Positions 35,560 to 52,360 of a stretch of DNA of 64,000 nucleotides are shown in pieces. A model generated the notes under the pieces. The model did not search any database, was not told the origin of the DNA, and saw nothing but the letters and a program-made list of their open reading frames with translations. How positions within the stretch are numbered: the stretch's first letter is position 1; every line of letters begins with the position of its first letter. The stretch is from the human T2T-CHM13v2.0 reference genome, Homo sapiens, in the NCBI RefSeq assembly GCF_009914755.1, contig NC_060931.1. One strand, given 5' to 3'. The translations under genes were made by a program, and so were the position numbers.

Positions 35560-36250
35560 GCCAAATCCCCAGCCAATTGAACGGAAATCTCTTAGGAAAG
35601 GTAAACTTATTTTAAATTAGCTAAAGTTAATACTAAACCAATAGAACTTTATCTGGATTAGTCACAGAGTAATGATTTTTAACCTTAGGGGTCAGGGTCT
35701 CCCTTCAAAAATCTGACAGTAAATAGGGCCTCTCTCCCTAGGAAGATATACATCGCCACTCCTAAAAACGTGTGCACAGAATTTCAGGGATTCCCTGATG
35801 CCCAGGGAGGAACCCTAAGTTATCACCTCTCGACCTCACACTTCCCAAAGCCAGATAAAGCTCCTCCATGTGTAAATAGTCTGGGGGTCACACTGGGGAC
35901 CCAGACTCCCCCTCCCCAGCCCCCGCCCCATTAGCACAAATAATCAAGTGTGCTGGGGTGGGAAACTGTTCTGCCCACACACATACTCAAATTACAGACT
36001 TTCCCTTCAGCTGTGTGTGTTTTATTGAATGAGCACTTGAGTTCTTGGTGAGCCTGTCGTCTGGGGATGCCAAAGCTTTCCTACTGCTAAGGTAGAGCAG
36101 GAGCGGGCTGTGGGCGGGCCCTGCTGGAGAAAGCCTTCGCGACCAGCTGGTATTGCTGCTGAGAAGCCACTTCCAGCCTAACAGCCCAGAAAAAGCTAGA
36201 ATTAACCTAACCCAGGTCCCATCCTGAAACAGCTCTGTCCCATGTGTTGG
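35560..36250. promoter_or_regulatory. Candidate enhancer/promoter-like, largely non-repetitive region
   Basis: CCAAT (~35574, ~35638), TTAGTCA (~35658), GC boxes CCCCGCCCC (~35921) and GGGCGGG (~36112). Confidence 0.35.
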
Positions 36251-36284
36251 TGGAAGCCGAAAGCATAGTAAATAGTCTTTGAGT

Positions 36285-36587
36285 CTCTAGGGGTGGCAAC
36301 TTGTGGGAAGGCAAATAATTGGCAGATAAAGGCTGGTTAGGAGAGCTCCTTGGTGTAGATTTCCTCCAGTATCACCTCCAGGCCCAAACGGTCCAATGCT
36401 GTCTTTAGTAGTTAACCTTTGTTCTCCCTGGTAGAAGAGGAGGCCAGGATATCTTTTGTCTCTGGAAATCTATGTCCTGCTTTTAGGCAAATAGAGGGAG
36501 GGCAGAGAGCTTTCTCCATCTCCTTCTTAATTGTCTTCAGCTCGACAATCCTTCATATTTACGGGAAGCATATTCTGGTCTCCTACA
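36285..36587 (-). mobile_element. ERV1 (MER4-group-like) LTR fragment
   Basis: 'tcctgcttttaggcaaatagagggagggcagagagc...ttgtcttcagctc...gcatattctggtctcctaca'. Confidence 0.55.
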
Positions 36588-36810
36588 TGTGCATGTGTAA
36601 ATAAATGACACTTGGCAAATATTAGCCAGTCCTGAATTTAGGTGAGGGTGGGTGCATGGATAGGTATGTATTCTACCACATGTTTAAATATCTTCATAAG
36701 AAGTTAGAAAAAGAAGACATTGAGGGAAAGCTCAGAGGAACATGTACCCACATGTGCCAGAAAGGAAGCCGGCAAGCTACCCTGGCCACACCAGGGTGAA
36801 CAGAATAAAC

Positions 36811-37545
<735 letters not shown>

Positions 37546-37915
37546 CTCAGTTCGGCTGCTATAACCAAATTTCTTAGATTGGGCAATTTATAAACAACAG
37601 AAAGTTATTTTTCACAGTTCTGGAGCCGGAAAGTCCAAGATCAAGGCTCCAGCAAAGTTGATGTCTGGTGAGGGCTGCTGTCTGCTTCACCGATGGCGCC
37701 TTGTGTCACTTCGTCACATGGTGGAAGGGTCAGAAGGGCACTCCCCCCAACTTCTTTTATAAATGGATTAATGGCATTCCTGTGGGCAGATCCCTCATGA
37801 CTTAATCACTTCCCAGAAGGCCCACCTGGTAATACTATCACATCGGGTATTAGCTTTCAACATATTGGAACATATTGAAATTTTAGGGAGATACCAACAT
37901 TCAGATCAGAGCACC
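37546..37915 (-). mobile_element. MLT1A/MST-like LTR
   Basis: 'aacaacagaaagttatttttcacagttctggag...tcatgacttaatcacttccc...aacattcagatc'. Confidence 0.8.
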
Positions 37916-38210
37916 TAGCAAACTTATACAGAGTTCCTTTTGATTTGCCATGCAAGTGCAGGGGTGTTTTTCCATACCCCCAACCAGTGATGTCTCCTTG
38001 AAACTCCACTCTGGTAACTTGCAGATTCCACATTGGGTGGAGCATGACAGGAAGGTCCACCCAACTCTGGGCCTTGAGAACAGAGCTTTGCTTGTCTGAA
38101 AGCAGTTGCCCTCTGGCTGGTGGTGCACATGTGTTTCTGGGCTCCAGAGTACTGCACATCTGAACAGTTGGAATCCAAGTCTGACCCATGTTGGTCCTGT
38201 ACTTTTCCTA

Positions 38211-38598
<388 letters not shown>

Positions 38599-39199
38599 CT
38601 ATAAAAGCCCTATAGCTAATCTTTATACTAATTAACCATTAATATTTACTAATACTTAGAACTACAGTTACTATTTACATAGTATACAGCCATAGCTTAT
38701 TATTAAAATATTTAAATAATTTCATAGTTGATTATAAATAGCATCACCCCTCTTCCTCACCCAATGCCTCTCTGGAAACTCCCCACAGCCCAGCAGCTAA
38801 TCGGTTAATGCTGGCACTGAAGTGTTCTCCAGAACCTGCTCCAGCACAATCTTGACCTCCAATCTACAAAGAAGGAGCTTCCTCTGCCCTTACTGGTTGT
38901 TACATGTTTTTCAAGTTCATCCCTGCTTGGTATGTTCCCAGCACTGCCCTCTCAATTCTTTATGCTACATTATCTCACAGCAACCTGGAAACATACACTA
39001 TGAGTATTTCCTTTTGCCTATAAAGAAACTGTGGCTCAGAGCAGCTAGAAGGAGGCAGAGTTCTTAATCACCACTGCTCCCTATTTTCCAGCTGTGCCCC
39101 CTGAAATTGGTATGTGAGAATTCTTTTATTCTCAGAAGAGCAGCCAAGAAGAGTTGAGAGGCTACAGCCCCAGAGTGCTGGGAAGGCTGGGTGTTCTCA

Positions 39200-39869
<670 letters not shown>

Positions 39870-40950
39870 GCAAACAGTTTTCTAAAGCTGCACAATGGTT
39901 CTGAGCTCCTCACTGCAGGAATTTTGGGAACTCAAGAGGACCCCTCACTGGCATCGTTGTACCCCTCGGAGGGCACAGGACTGCTGAGAAGGGGGGCATG
40001 ACCCACTTCAACCTTTGAAAGCCATGGCAAAAGTCTGCATCGCTGTCTGCTGGAACACCTGGACACTCTCCTGGCTCCCACCCAGGCCCTGATTGTTTTG
40101 TTGTAGGAACCCTACAGGCAAGTCCCTAACAATGCTCTGCCAACTTAGTGGACACTCGCCCAGACTGTGCGTGCAGGGAGGCCCACCTCCTTTCACCCTT
40201 GCCCTGCCTCCTGATTTCCTGGTGACCTTCTAACTCTGCTTGGGCCTTTCCCATGGCACTTAACCCCTGTGTGACCTGAAGACTCTATAACCCTAAAAAC
40301 CAGTCCTGCTCACCAGCTGGCCTGGGTACAATAGCACTTGGAAAGCAAAGTCATGGGACTGAAACCAGAAGAAAACCTATTCATTAGAGGAGCAGCTGGC
40401 AGCTGGAAAACAGAAGGAGAGAGAAAGGAAGGCCAGTTCCTACCTCCTGTAGGACCGATTAACCAGGGATTTCAGAGCCAGTCACTCAGCCTGCCTAAGG
40501 CCCCCTAGGCCCCTCTCCTAATGAAAGCAGTGATGCTTATCATATCTCCCACATCCTTCCCAGCAGGGCTCAGAAGGGCAATCCCGCTGACAGGAGCTTT
40601 GAGATGGAAAGCAGTGGAGGGAGCGCAGGGGGTAGGGGGTGGGTTGGTGGGGGTTGGTGGGTGGGACCCAGGCTCTGACTTTGACAGTCAAGAGTATTCT
40701 TCGTCTAATTCCTCTCTCCAATTAAACATCAAAGAAATATTTCCAAGGGCATATGTTATTATTAAATAATGTTATCCTTTGAAAAAATTTACAAGTAATA
40801 TATTTTCACTGAAGAAAAAAGTAGAAAATAAAAAGATGACAGAAAAGTCACCTATAATTAGGAGCCACTTTCAACATTTAGAATTCATTTGCTTTTCACA
40901 CACGAAAAAAACGAGACGATACTGTACGTATGCACAACAAAAGATCATGA

Positions 40951-41112
40951 AGCCAAGCACAACAGCTCACGCCTGTAGTCCCAGCTACTCAGGAGGCTGA
41001 GGTGGGAGGATCACTTGAGCCCAGGAGTTTGATGTTACAGTGAGCTATGATTGTGTCACTGCACTCCAGCCTGGGTGACAGAGTTAGACCCTGTCTCTAA
41101 AAACAAAACAAC
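40951..41112 (+). mobile_element. Alu right-arm monomer (FRAM-like)
   Basis: Single arm; 'agatcatgaa' on both sides. Confidence 0.8.
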
Positions 41113-41799
41113 AGTAGATCATGAACATCGTTCCATGTCAATAAATCCACTTCCTCCACACCCTTCTTAATGGTTGCAGTATATTTCATCGCGTATTTAA
41201 AAGGTGATGGAGTCAGTCAGTCCCCTACTGTTATGTGTTTAGATTCTTTGTGAGGGAATTTAAATTCTTTTATGAAGGGACAGACTGAGACTAGAGGAGA
41301 TGATATCCCAGCCTGTTCAATAGTTCTCTCCCCATCATCCGCACCCACTCACCCACCATCTCACTCACCCACCAGCTCACTCCAACCTGGCTACTCTGCA
41401 TTTCCATCTATTATGTTCCCTTAGACTCAACCTCAGGAAGTTTTCAGATGTGTTCCTGTGTCAGCCCTGTCCATAAACGTGTTATAGGGACCACAACATC
41501 ATCTCTTATTTGGGCTTCCCCCTTTCAGCCCTCAGAGACAACAACTACAGCTGAGGCAAAACAAGTGGCTTCAGCTAGATCTTGTTTCCAGCATCATGTA
41601 TTTTATTAGTGGAAGGTGACTTCCCAATTACACTGTTGGCACCACACACACACAAAACACACACCCATTAGTGTCCTGCTGGATTAGACAAGGGGCCTTC
41701 AAACTGGCTTGCAGGTAGTTAAAACACTCCTGCAGTGAGAGTGGGCTGAGGCAGGGTTGGGAAGCAAGAGATGAGATGAGAAATGATCCAAATAGATGA

Positions 41800-42218
41800 A
41801 CACACACACACACACACACACATACACACATGCATACATGCACACATATACATGCATATACACACATGCACACATGCACACATACACATGCATACACGCA
41901 CACATGCACACACATACATGCATACATACACGTACCCACACATACATGCATGCATACACACACGCATACACACAGGCATATACACGCACACATGCACATG
42001 CACACATATACACATACACGCATACATACACATACACACATGTACACACATACACATGCATACACATACACACAAACATGCATACATACACATACACACA
42101 CATACACATACACACATACACACACGCATACACACATGCCTACGCACACGTACATACACATTCACACATACACATACACATACCCGCATACACATACACA
42201 CACACACACATTCACACA
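41800..42218. repeat. Long imperfect (CA/TA/TG)n alternating purine-pyrimidine tract (~420 bp)
   Basis: Read directly. Confidence 0.95.
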
Positions 42219-42732
42219 GGTGTGCTCCAGAGCCTCTCCACATAGGAGACGAAAAGCTTTCATAAGGAACCAAAAGTTGTATCTTCTGCATTTCAAAGGG
42301 AGAAATACCAGGACCTGTGAACTGAATGCAAGTATCTATTTTGCCCCATTTGACACTACGTCCAGTGTCAAAGGTGTCCTGGGGGTGCTGACCCAGCACT
42401 GGACTGAAATGAAGTTGCAGATGTATATTACTACATGTTTCTCATCACCTCCTCCTCCTTAGTCTCGTGAAAGGGATATAACTTTAAGGCCCTTCCCTTT
42501 CTCATTTCCTCATTGTGACATCAAGAACACCCTTGAGACCATACTGTGCCTTTAAATGATTAAATGCGTTTAATTTAAATGATACAGCTTCCAAGGGAAA
42601 AAGGAACAAGGGGCAAGGGGAGGGGAAGGGGAGAGGTCACTCCTGCTTTCGGCAATTGAAGGGACTGACTGCCAGCCTCTCCCCTCCGCAGGGAGTGTTC
42701 CAGCAGCCACGCCCCTGACTCACCTGCCTCAT

Positions 42733-42788
42733 TCTCTTAATGGTACCCACCCTCTCCAAATCTCTTAATGGTACCCACCCTCTCCAAA
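42733..42788. repeat. Perfect 28-bp tandem duplication
   Basis: 'tctcttaatggtacccaccctctccaaa' x2. Confidence 0.95.
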
Positions 42789-42881
42789 TTGCCCAGACTG
42801 GGAAACCTGAAACCATCTTTGTCTTCTCTTTCTTTTTCCCCTCATTCCTAAACATCTATTTCGTTGTCAAGTTCTGTGGGA

Positions 42882-43203
42882 TTTTTCTTTTTCTTTTCTT
42901 TTTTTTTTTTTTTTTTTGAGACACAGTCTTGCTCTTTTGCCCAGGCTGGAGCATGATGGCACAATCTCGACTCACTACAACCTCCCTCCTCCTCCCCAGT
43001 TCAAGTGATTCTCATGGCTCAGCCTCCCGAGTAGCTGGGATTACAGGAGCGTGCCACCACGCCCAGCTAATTTTTGTATTTTTAGTAGAGACGGGGTTTC
43101 ACCATGGTGGCCAGGCTGGTCTCCAACTCCTAACCTCAAGTGATCCGCCCACCTCGGCCTCCCAAAGTGCTGGGATTACAGGTGTGAGCCACCGCACCCA
43201 GCC
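42882..43203 (-). mobile_element. Alu (AluS-like)
   Basis: Reverse Alu dimer. Confidence 0.95.
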
Positions 43204-43780
43204 TTGGGTTCTTTCTTTTCAAACACTTTCCCACACCCCCATTCCTCCCTTTCCATTTCCATAGCAACTACCCTGAGGCCTTTACCTCTCACATTTGAAC
43301 TGTCAGAGCCTCCTGTTTACACTTTCCCACCCACCTTCTCCTTAATTCCTCCTAGCCCATTCTTACCAATGGGATTCATATCCTTGACAGATGATTTGCT
43401 TTGTTGCCCTCCTACTACAAAACTCTCAAGGGATGCCCTTTGCCTATCAAAGGCCACTTCTTTGGCCTGGCAGGAAAAGCCATCACATCATTTGGCTGTG
43501 TCCTGCTCTCCTACCCTTTTCTCACCCTGGCTGCTTCTGTCCACCTCCCAGACATTCAAGTGATTTAGTCTTCCGTGGAATGCCCGCCTGTCCCTGGAAT
43601 TCTACACCTGGAATGCCCAGCCATTCTCATCTTTACTTTTGGAATCAGAAGGACTATTCAAAGCAAATCTCCATAAATCTGTCACTTATCTTGCAACCAC
43701 AAGAAAGCACTCTCTCGACTATATCTTTGTTCTTTGTACCTTTCACCCTGTATTTTATTATCTGGTTAAAGTGCTATTGG

Positions 43781-44088
43781 AGCCGGGCACGGTGGCTCAC
43801 ACCTGTTATCCCAGAACTTTGGGAGGCAAAGGCGGGTGGATCACTAGGTCAGGAGTTCAAGACCAGCCTGGCCAAGATGGTGAAACCCCGCCTCTACAAA
43901 AAATACAAAAATTAGCCAGGTGTGTTGGCGGGTGCCTGTAATCCCAGCTACTCAGGAGGCTGAGGCAGAGGATTGCTTGAACCCAGGAGGCGGAGGTTGC
44001 AGTGAGCCAAGATTGTGCTACTGCACTCCGGCCTGGGCAACAGAGCGAGACTCCGTCTCAAAAAAAAAGAAAAGAAAAGAAAAGAAAA
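43781..44088 (+). mobile_element. Alu (AluS-like)
   Basis: Alu dimer. Confidence 0.95.
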
Positions 44089-44304
44089 GTCCTATTGGAT
44101 TACAATTCCTAGGGCACAAAGGCTGAGTTTTGTTGGTCACTGTACTGCCTGTAGCTCCAGAAAATTCTGAATTTATGTGAGCTCCACTAAGCAATTATTT
44201 CTATCAAATACTACTAGCCCAGAAGCCTCAGAAGTTCACCCACTTCCTGAATTCCCAGTGATGACAGAGTGGACATTTACCCTTGCAGAAGGAGGCTAGA
44301 CTGT

Positions 44305-45295
44305 TGTCATAGGTAGAATTATGACCCCAGCAAAATTCTGTGTTAAAGTCTTAACCCCTAGTACCTCAGCATATGACATCTAGAGGCCAAGGAAAAAGTT
44401 CCCTTTTGCCCTCTCAAGTTTCACTGACAACTCAACTCATTGAAAGGCAGGTTAACTGGAGAAAAGCAACACACATTTATTTAACATGTATGCACAGGAG
44501 TCATCACAATGAAGACCCAAAGATGCAGGGGAAATTGTCCATTTTTATGCTTAGTTTAATAAAGTATGGACAACCGTGTAGAAATATGATTGGACCTAAA
44601 GGGGATCTACTGCTAATAGACTGAGGGGGGAAACCCAGCAAGGCCTCTCTGTCTAGATTCTTCTTGGCCTCCCTGAGCCGGCATTCCTTCTGGGTGTGGG
44701 GCAGGACTCTCCCTGGAATGGGGGTCTTATGACTATAATCAAGCAAGGTAGGTCAGATAATTTCTTTCATTTTTTCTTTTTTTGAGACAGGGTCTCATTC
44801 TCTCACCCAGGCTGGAGTACAGTGGTGCAATCTCGGCTCACTATAACCTCCACCTGGAATTGGTTGCTTCTGAGGCCTTCATTTTGGGTTGCTGTTTTCT
44901 GAGCCCTGACATACCTTATTCGGAGATGAGATCTTTACCAAGGTAATTAGGTTAAAATGAGGAGCAACCAAAGTTCTTCTCTGAATCCCATCTCTAATCC
45001 AATTTGACTGATGTTTTTATAAAAAGGGAACATTTGGACAGAAACCAACATGGATGGAGAGAAGATGATGTGAAGACACAAAAGGAAGGTTGTCTACAAG
45101 CTAAGGAGTGCAGGAGGCTACCAGAAGCTAGAGAGAGGTCTCCAATAGATGCTTCCTCACAGATCTCAGAAGGAATCAGCCCTGCCAAAGACGTGACTTT
45201 CAGACTTCTAGCCTCCAGAGCTACAAGACAATATACTTCTGTTGTTCTAAGCCACCTAGTTTGTGGTGCTTTGGTAAGGCAGCCACAGCATACTA
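44305..45295 (+). mobile_element. MLT1 LTR interrupted by an ERV1-type LTR (~44380-44910, -) that itself holds an Alu fragment (~44765-44855, -)
   Basis: MLT1 'cccctagtacctcag' resumes as 'ccttattcggagatgag' after the insert; the insert carries 'aggcctctctgtctagattcttcttggcctc' and 'aaggtaggtcaga'. Confidence 0.7.
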
Positions 45296-46164
45296 CACAG
45301 CTGGAGTCCTGAGAAGCCAGAGGGCCTCCAAAGTGAACCCCATCTCAGGGCTGGGGCCACAGGTCCTGGGAGGGCAAAGGTAAGGCTCTGAGATGCCCTG
45401 AGCAGAAGAACAGAGGCACTTACGGCTCCAATGAGCCAAGCGGAATGGCTGGTCAGCCACACAGGGCGTGGGCCAGTAGTTGGTCCACCTGACACAGGCC
45501 TTTGAAGACAGCGTTTTGTTTCTGCAAGTGGGCAGGGGAGGGTGGCATGGAGACAGGGGCAGGAAACTCTGCTGAAGGGCAGACCGTTCTTCCAGGCCCC
45601 AGGTGCTTCCGGCCAGACTCTTTTAAAGAGACATGGAAGGACATCATCAAACGTGGCAGCGTAGCCAAGCTCTGCCCTGGAAACCCCTCTCTAGTTACTG
45701 CTTTCCACTGAAGCTTCTGGTGCCTGCTGCCTCCTCAGTGGGAGGGACCAGTGATGTGAAAATCCTTTTCCTCCTGACTCAAAGGAGCATTTCCTGAACC
45801 CTCCTTACTCAAAACATGTCCACTTGCCCCCCGGAGCCCCAACAGACATGCTAATTCTATTGGGATTTATTTGATAGAATTGGATTAGCTAACAGTGTCA
45901 GGGTTCCCAATGAGCAGACAGGAAAACTAAGGCAGGGCCAAGGGGCCCAGCGTCCATGTAACAGTAACTACCATGGTAATAGGGAACACTATGAGCCAGG
46001 CCTTGCTCTAAGGCTGCGCTGCCCATTATGGCAACCACTGGCCACGTGTAGTTACTGGACACTTGAATGTGGCTAGTCCAAACTGAGTTATGTAGTAAAT
46101 GTAAAAATACACACTGAAATTTAAGGACTTAGTATGAAAAAAGAATATTAAAATATCATTAATT

Positions 46165-46963
<799 letters not shown>

Positions 46964-47079
46964 AATATTGATTACATGTTAAATGGATACTATTTATATT
47001 GTGTTGTATTATTAAAATTAATTTTACTTTTCTTTTTACCTCTTATAATATAGTAGCCACTAGAAAATTTTAAACTTTA

Positions 47080-47928
<849 letters not shown>

Positions 47929-48802
47929 GTGGCCCTATTCCAAGCACAGCATCTGAACTCTTAGCGCAACCTGCAGGGTGATGTTATTCTCATTTCTATT
48001 TTAGAGACAGCACTCAGTCCTTAGATGTTAAGAAACTTGCCCAAGGTCACACAGCTGGTAGAAAGAGAAAACCAAGGGAGTGCAAAAGTAGCAGCAGAGA
48101 AATCTGTAAGGTGGTGAGCAATGAGGGTGGCCTGGAGTAGGGAGCAGCAGTGAGACAAAAAGATGAGGTTTGATATATATTTTTTAGGTGGAAGTACTTG
48201 TGGTGGTATGTGTGAGGAGCAAGGAGGATGGGAGGAAAGAATGATTCCAGGTGTCTGGATTAAGGCATGGGAGCCTTTGGTTCTGTGCCTAGACCTGAGC
48301 TGCCTGGTGAAAGAGGCACAGATGGAGTGTTCGCAACCTAAATTTTCTGTTTACTGACTCCATTATCTGGAAGTTCTGTCACCTCTTGGTACTTAATTAC
48401 CTTGGGAATAATAGAGCCTCTCCTAACAAGTGTTGTAATGAAAAAGAAATAGGATAATGTATGTAAAAATTCTACATACATGTTTGTTAATTGTTTTAAA
48501 AGAGAGAGCACTTTCAGAGGATCCAGAAACATTCCTGGCCTCCCCTCTCTCTTTCATTTCTCAGGCTGCTAAATCAATGATTAGCTCTCAGGCCAGCTCC
48601 CCTGGAAAGCGCATGAAAGGGAGAGTGAACAGAATGGCTTCTCTCTCCCAAGGAGGCTGCCTCATCAGGGTCACAGCCCCTCTGCCACCAGAAAGCCTGG
48701 ATCTGGGCCAGAGCCACAAAGGCTAACAAACTCCCTTCATGTCGGCTGAGAGTAAAGAGTTGGGGTCCATCTGGGCCCCTCTCCCCAACTCTCTAGGGGC
48801 AG

Positions 48803-50258
48803 CGAGAGGTGACAGTGTGCTGGCAGCCTTCACAGCCCTTGCTCACTCTCGGCGCCTCCTCTGCCTGGGCTCCCTCTTTGGCGGCACTTGAGGAGCCCTT
48901 CAGCCCGCCGCTGCACTGTGGGAGCCCCTTCCTGGGCTGGCGGAGGCTGGAGCCGGCTCCCTCAGCTTGCGGGGAGGTGTAGAGGGAGAGGCACAGGCGG
49001 GAACCGGGGCTGCGTGCGGTGCTTGCAGGCCAGCACGAGTTCCGGGTGGGTGTGGGCTCAGCGGGCCGCACTCGTAGCGGCCGGCCCGTCCTGCCGGCCT
49101 GGGCAATGAGGGGCTTAGCACCCGGGCCAGCGGCTGCAGCGTGTGTGCTGGGTCCCCCAGCAGTGCCGGCCCACCATCGCTGCGCTCGATTTCTCGCTGG
49201 ACCTTAGCTGCCTCCCCACGGGGCTGGGCTCGGGACCCGCAGCCCACCATGCCTGAGACTCCCCCACCCTCCGTGGGCTCCTGGGGGGCCCAAGCCTCCC
49301 CGACGAGTGCCGCCACCTGCTCCACGGTGCCCAGTCCCATAGACCACCCAAGGGCTGAGGAGTGCGGGCGCACGGTGTGGGACTGGCAAGCAGCTCCACC
49401 TGAAGCCCCCGTGCAGAATCCACTGCGTGAAGCCAGCTGGGCTCCTGACTGGTGGGGACTTGGAGAAACTTTTTGTCTAGCTAAGGGATTGTAAATACAC
49501 CAATCGGCACTCTGTACTAGCTCAAGATTTGTAAACACACCAATCAGCACCCTGTGTCTAGCTCAGGGTTTGTGAATGCACCAATCAACACTCTGTATCT
49601 AGCTAATCTGGTGGGGACGTGGAGAACCTTTGTGTCTAGCTCAGGGATTGTAAACGCACCATTCAGCACCCTGTCAAAACAGACCACTCCTCTCTCTGTA
49701 AAATGGACCAATCAGCAGGATGTGGGTGGGGCCAGATAATAGAATAAAAGCAGGCTGCCCCAGCTGGCAGTGGCAATCCTCTACGGTCCCCTTCCGGGCT
49801 GTGGGAGCTTTGTTCTTTTGCTCTTTGCAATAAATCTTGCTGCTGCTCGCTCTTTGGGTCCACATTGCCTTTGTGAGCTGTAACACTCACAGCGAAGGTC
49901 TGCAGCTTCACTCCTAAAGCCAGAGAGACCACAAACCCACCGGGAGGAACGAACAACTCCAGACGCGCGGCCTTAAGAGCTGTAACACTCACCGCGAAAG
50001 TCTGCAGCTTCACTCCTAAAGCCAGCGAGACCACGAACCCACCAGGAGGAACGAACAATTCCAGATGCGCCGCCTTAGGAGCTGTAACACTCACCGCGAA
50101 GATCTGCAGCTTCACTCCTGAGCCGGCGAGACCACGAACCCCACCAGAAGGAAGAAACTCCGGACACGCCGCCTTTAAGAACTATAACACTCACGGCGAG
50201 GGTCCACGGCTTCATTCTTGAAGTCAGTGAAACCAAGAACCCACCAATTCCGGACACA
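48803..50258 (+). mobile_element. Solo LTR12 (LTR12C-like, ERV9), full length
   Basis: Starts '(c)gagaggtgacagtgtgctggcagcc' and ends 'ccaattccggacaca'; GCAG TSD at 48799-48802 and 50259-50262; CpG-rich U3, CCAAT array, ~100-bp U5 repeats. Confidence 0.95.
49490..49760 (+). promoter_or_regulatory. LTR12 promoter: NF-Y CCAAT array, GATA site and AATAAAAG TATA-like element
   Basis: CCAAT at 49500, 49540, 49581 and 49708; AGATAA at ~49734; 'gaataaaagcaggctg' at ~49742. Confidence 0.7.
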
Positions 50259-51069
50259 GCAGGATCCCACCCACAGAACCGCCAGGTGCACAGCTGCATA
50301 TCCTCAGGGGAAAACTCCCCTCCCCTGCCACCTTACTGATAGTCTTCACTTCCCCGAGAACTTTCCCAATCCTGTGCAATGCCTGAGTGGTACATTGTAT
50401 TCTATGAGAATGGCGCCCCCGCCTCCAGAGTTGTGCAACAAGACTTCCATGAATCAAAGCCCATCGCTGGCTGCCTCCTCTAGCCCTGCATAGCCCAGGT
50501 ACATCTGAAAGGAGTGAGAAGTGTTTTGAGGGCTCTCCCTGTCTCTTCCTGCACCTCTCTCTTGTGATCCCAGGTAGGCACCTGCTCTGAATCTTGCTCT
50601 TCCTCAGTTGCAGTCCCGGGTGGAAGCAGATCAGAATCGAATGAGTGGCCCCTCTGCCATCCTGCCCTGGCCTCCACCTTGCCACTCTCATTAGACTGGG
50701 CATTCCTGGTATGTGGTGCTCAATGCTTGTTGAATGAATGAATAAGTAAGACTCTGCTAAGATCTCTGCCAATAATAACCACAGAGATAGTTATATTATT
50801 TTAATGGAAGTTTCTTTAAAACCAAGACAATTACAAGAGCCAAAGGATTGACAACTCTACTGATGGCATGTCTAGAAGAGACCCTTAGAGAAAGGAACCT
50901 TTCCAATCCTTTTTAGATGATACCAAGCAGGCAACCGCCTCCCCCAGACGCTTGCCCCAGTCTCCTATGGAAGGTTCGGGTAGCCTGGACTGCAGCTCTT
51001 CTAGGCAGCTTTCCAGTTGTATTCCCTGGCATAATTGTAACTTCAACACCTAGGTCTTAAGAAACATGT

Positions 51070-51650
<581 letters not shown>

Positions 51651-51779
51651 CAACATGGCCTGGGTTATCTGGGCAACACATTCCACACATCTTGGAGGAC
51701 CCTCACCTCCTGATAATCAAAATGAGCATTTCCATGTTTCATATTTCTGAGTGCCTGTCAACAGCACACCATTTCACAG

Positions 51780-52360
<581 letters not shown>

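Noticed and set aside
41628-42462. Long His/Thr- and Cys/Val-rich ORFs in all six frames
   Set aside because: An artefact of the stop-free (CA/TA)n tract.
49875-50215. Regularly spaced ~100-bp repeats resembling a repeat-spacer array
   Set aside because: These are the normal LTR12 U5 tandem repeats with non-unique spacers, in a eukaryotic context with no cas genes; not CRISPR.
48793-50299. Overlapping ORFs up to 216 aa and a CpG-island-like region
   Set aside because: They lie within the GC-rich LTR12. There is no gag, pol or env sequence, and the element is a solo LTR.
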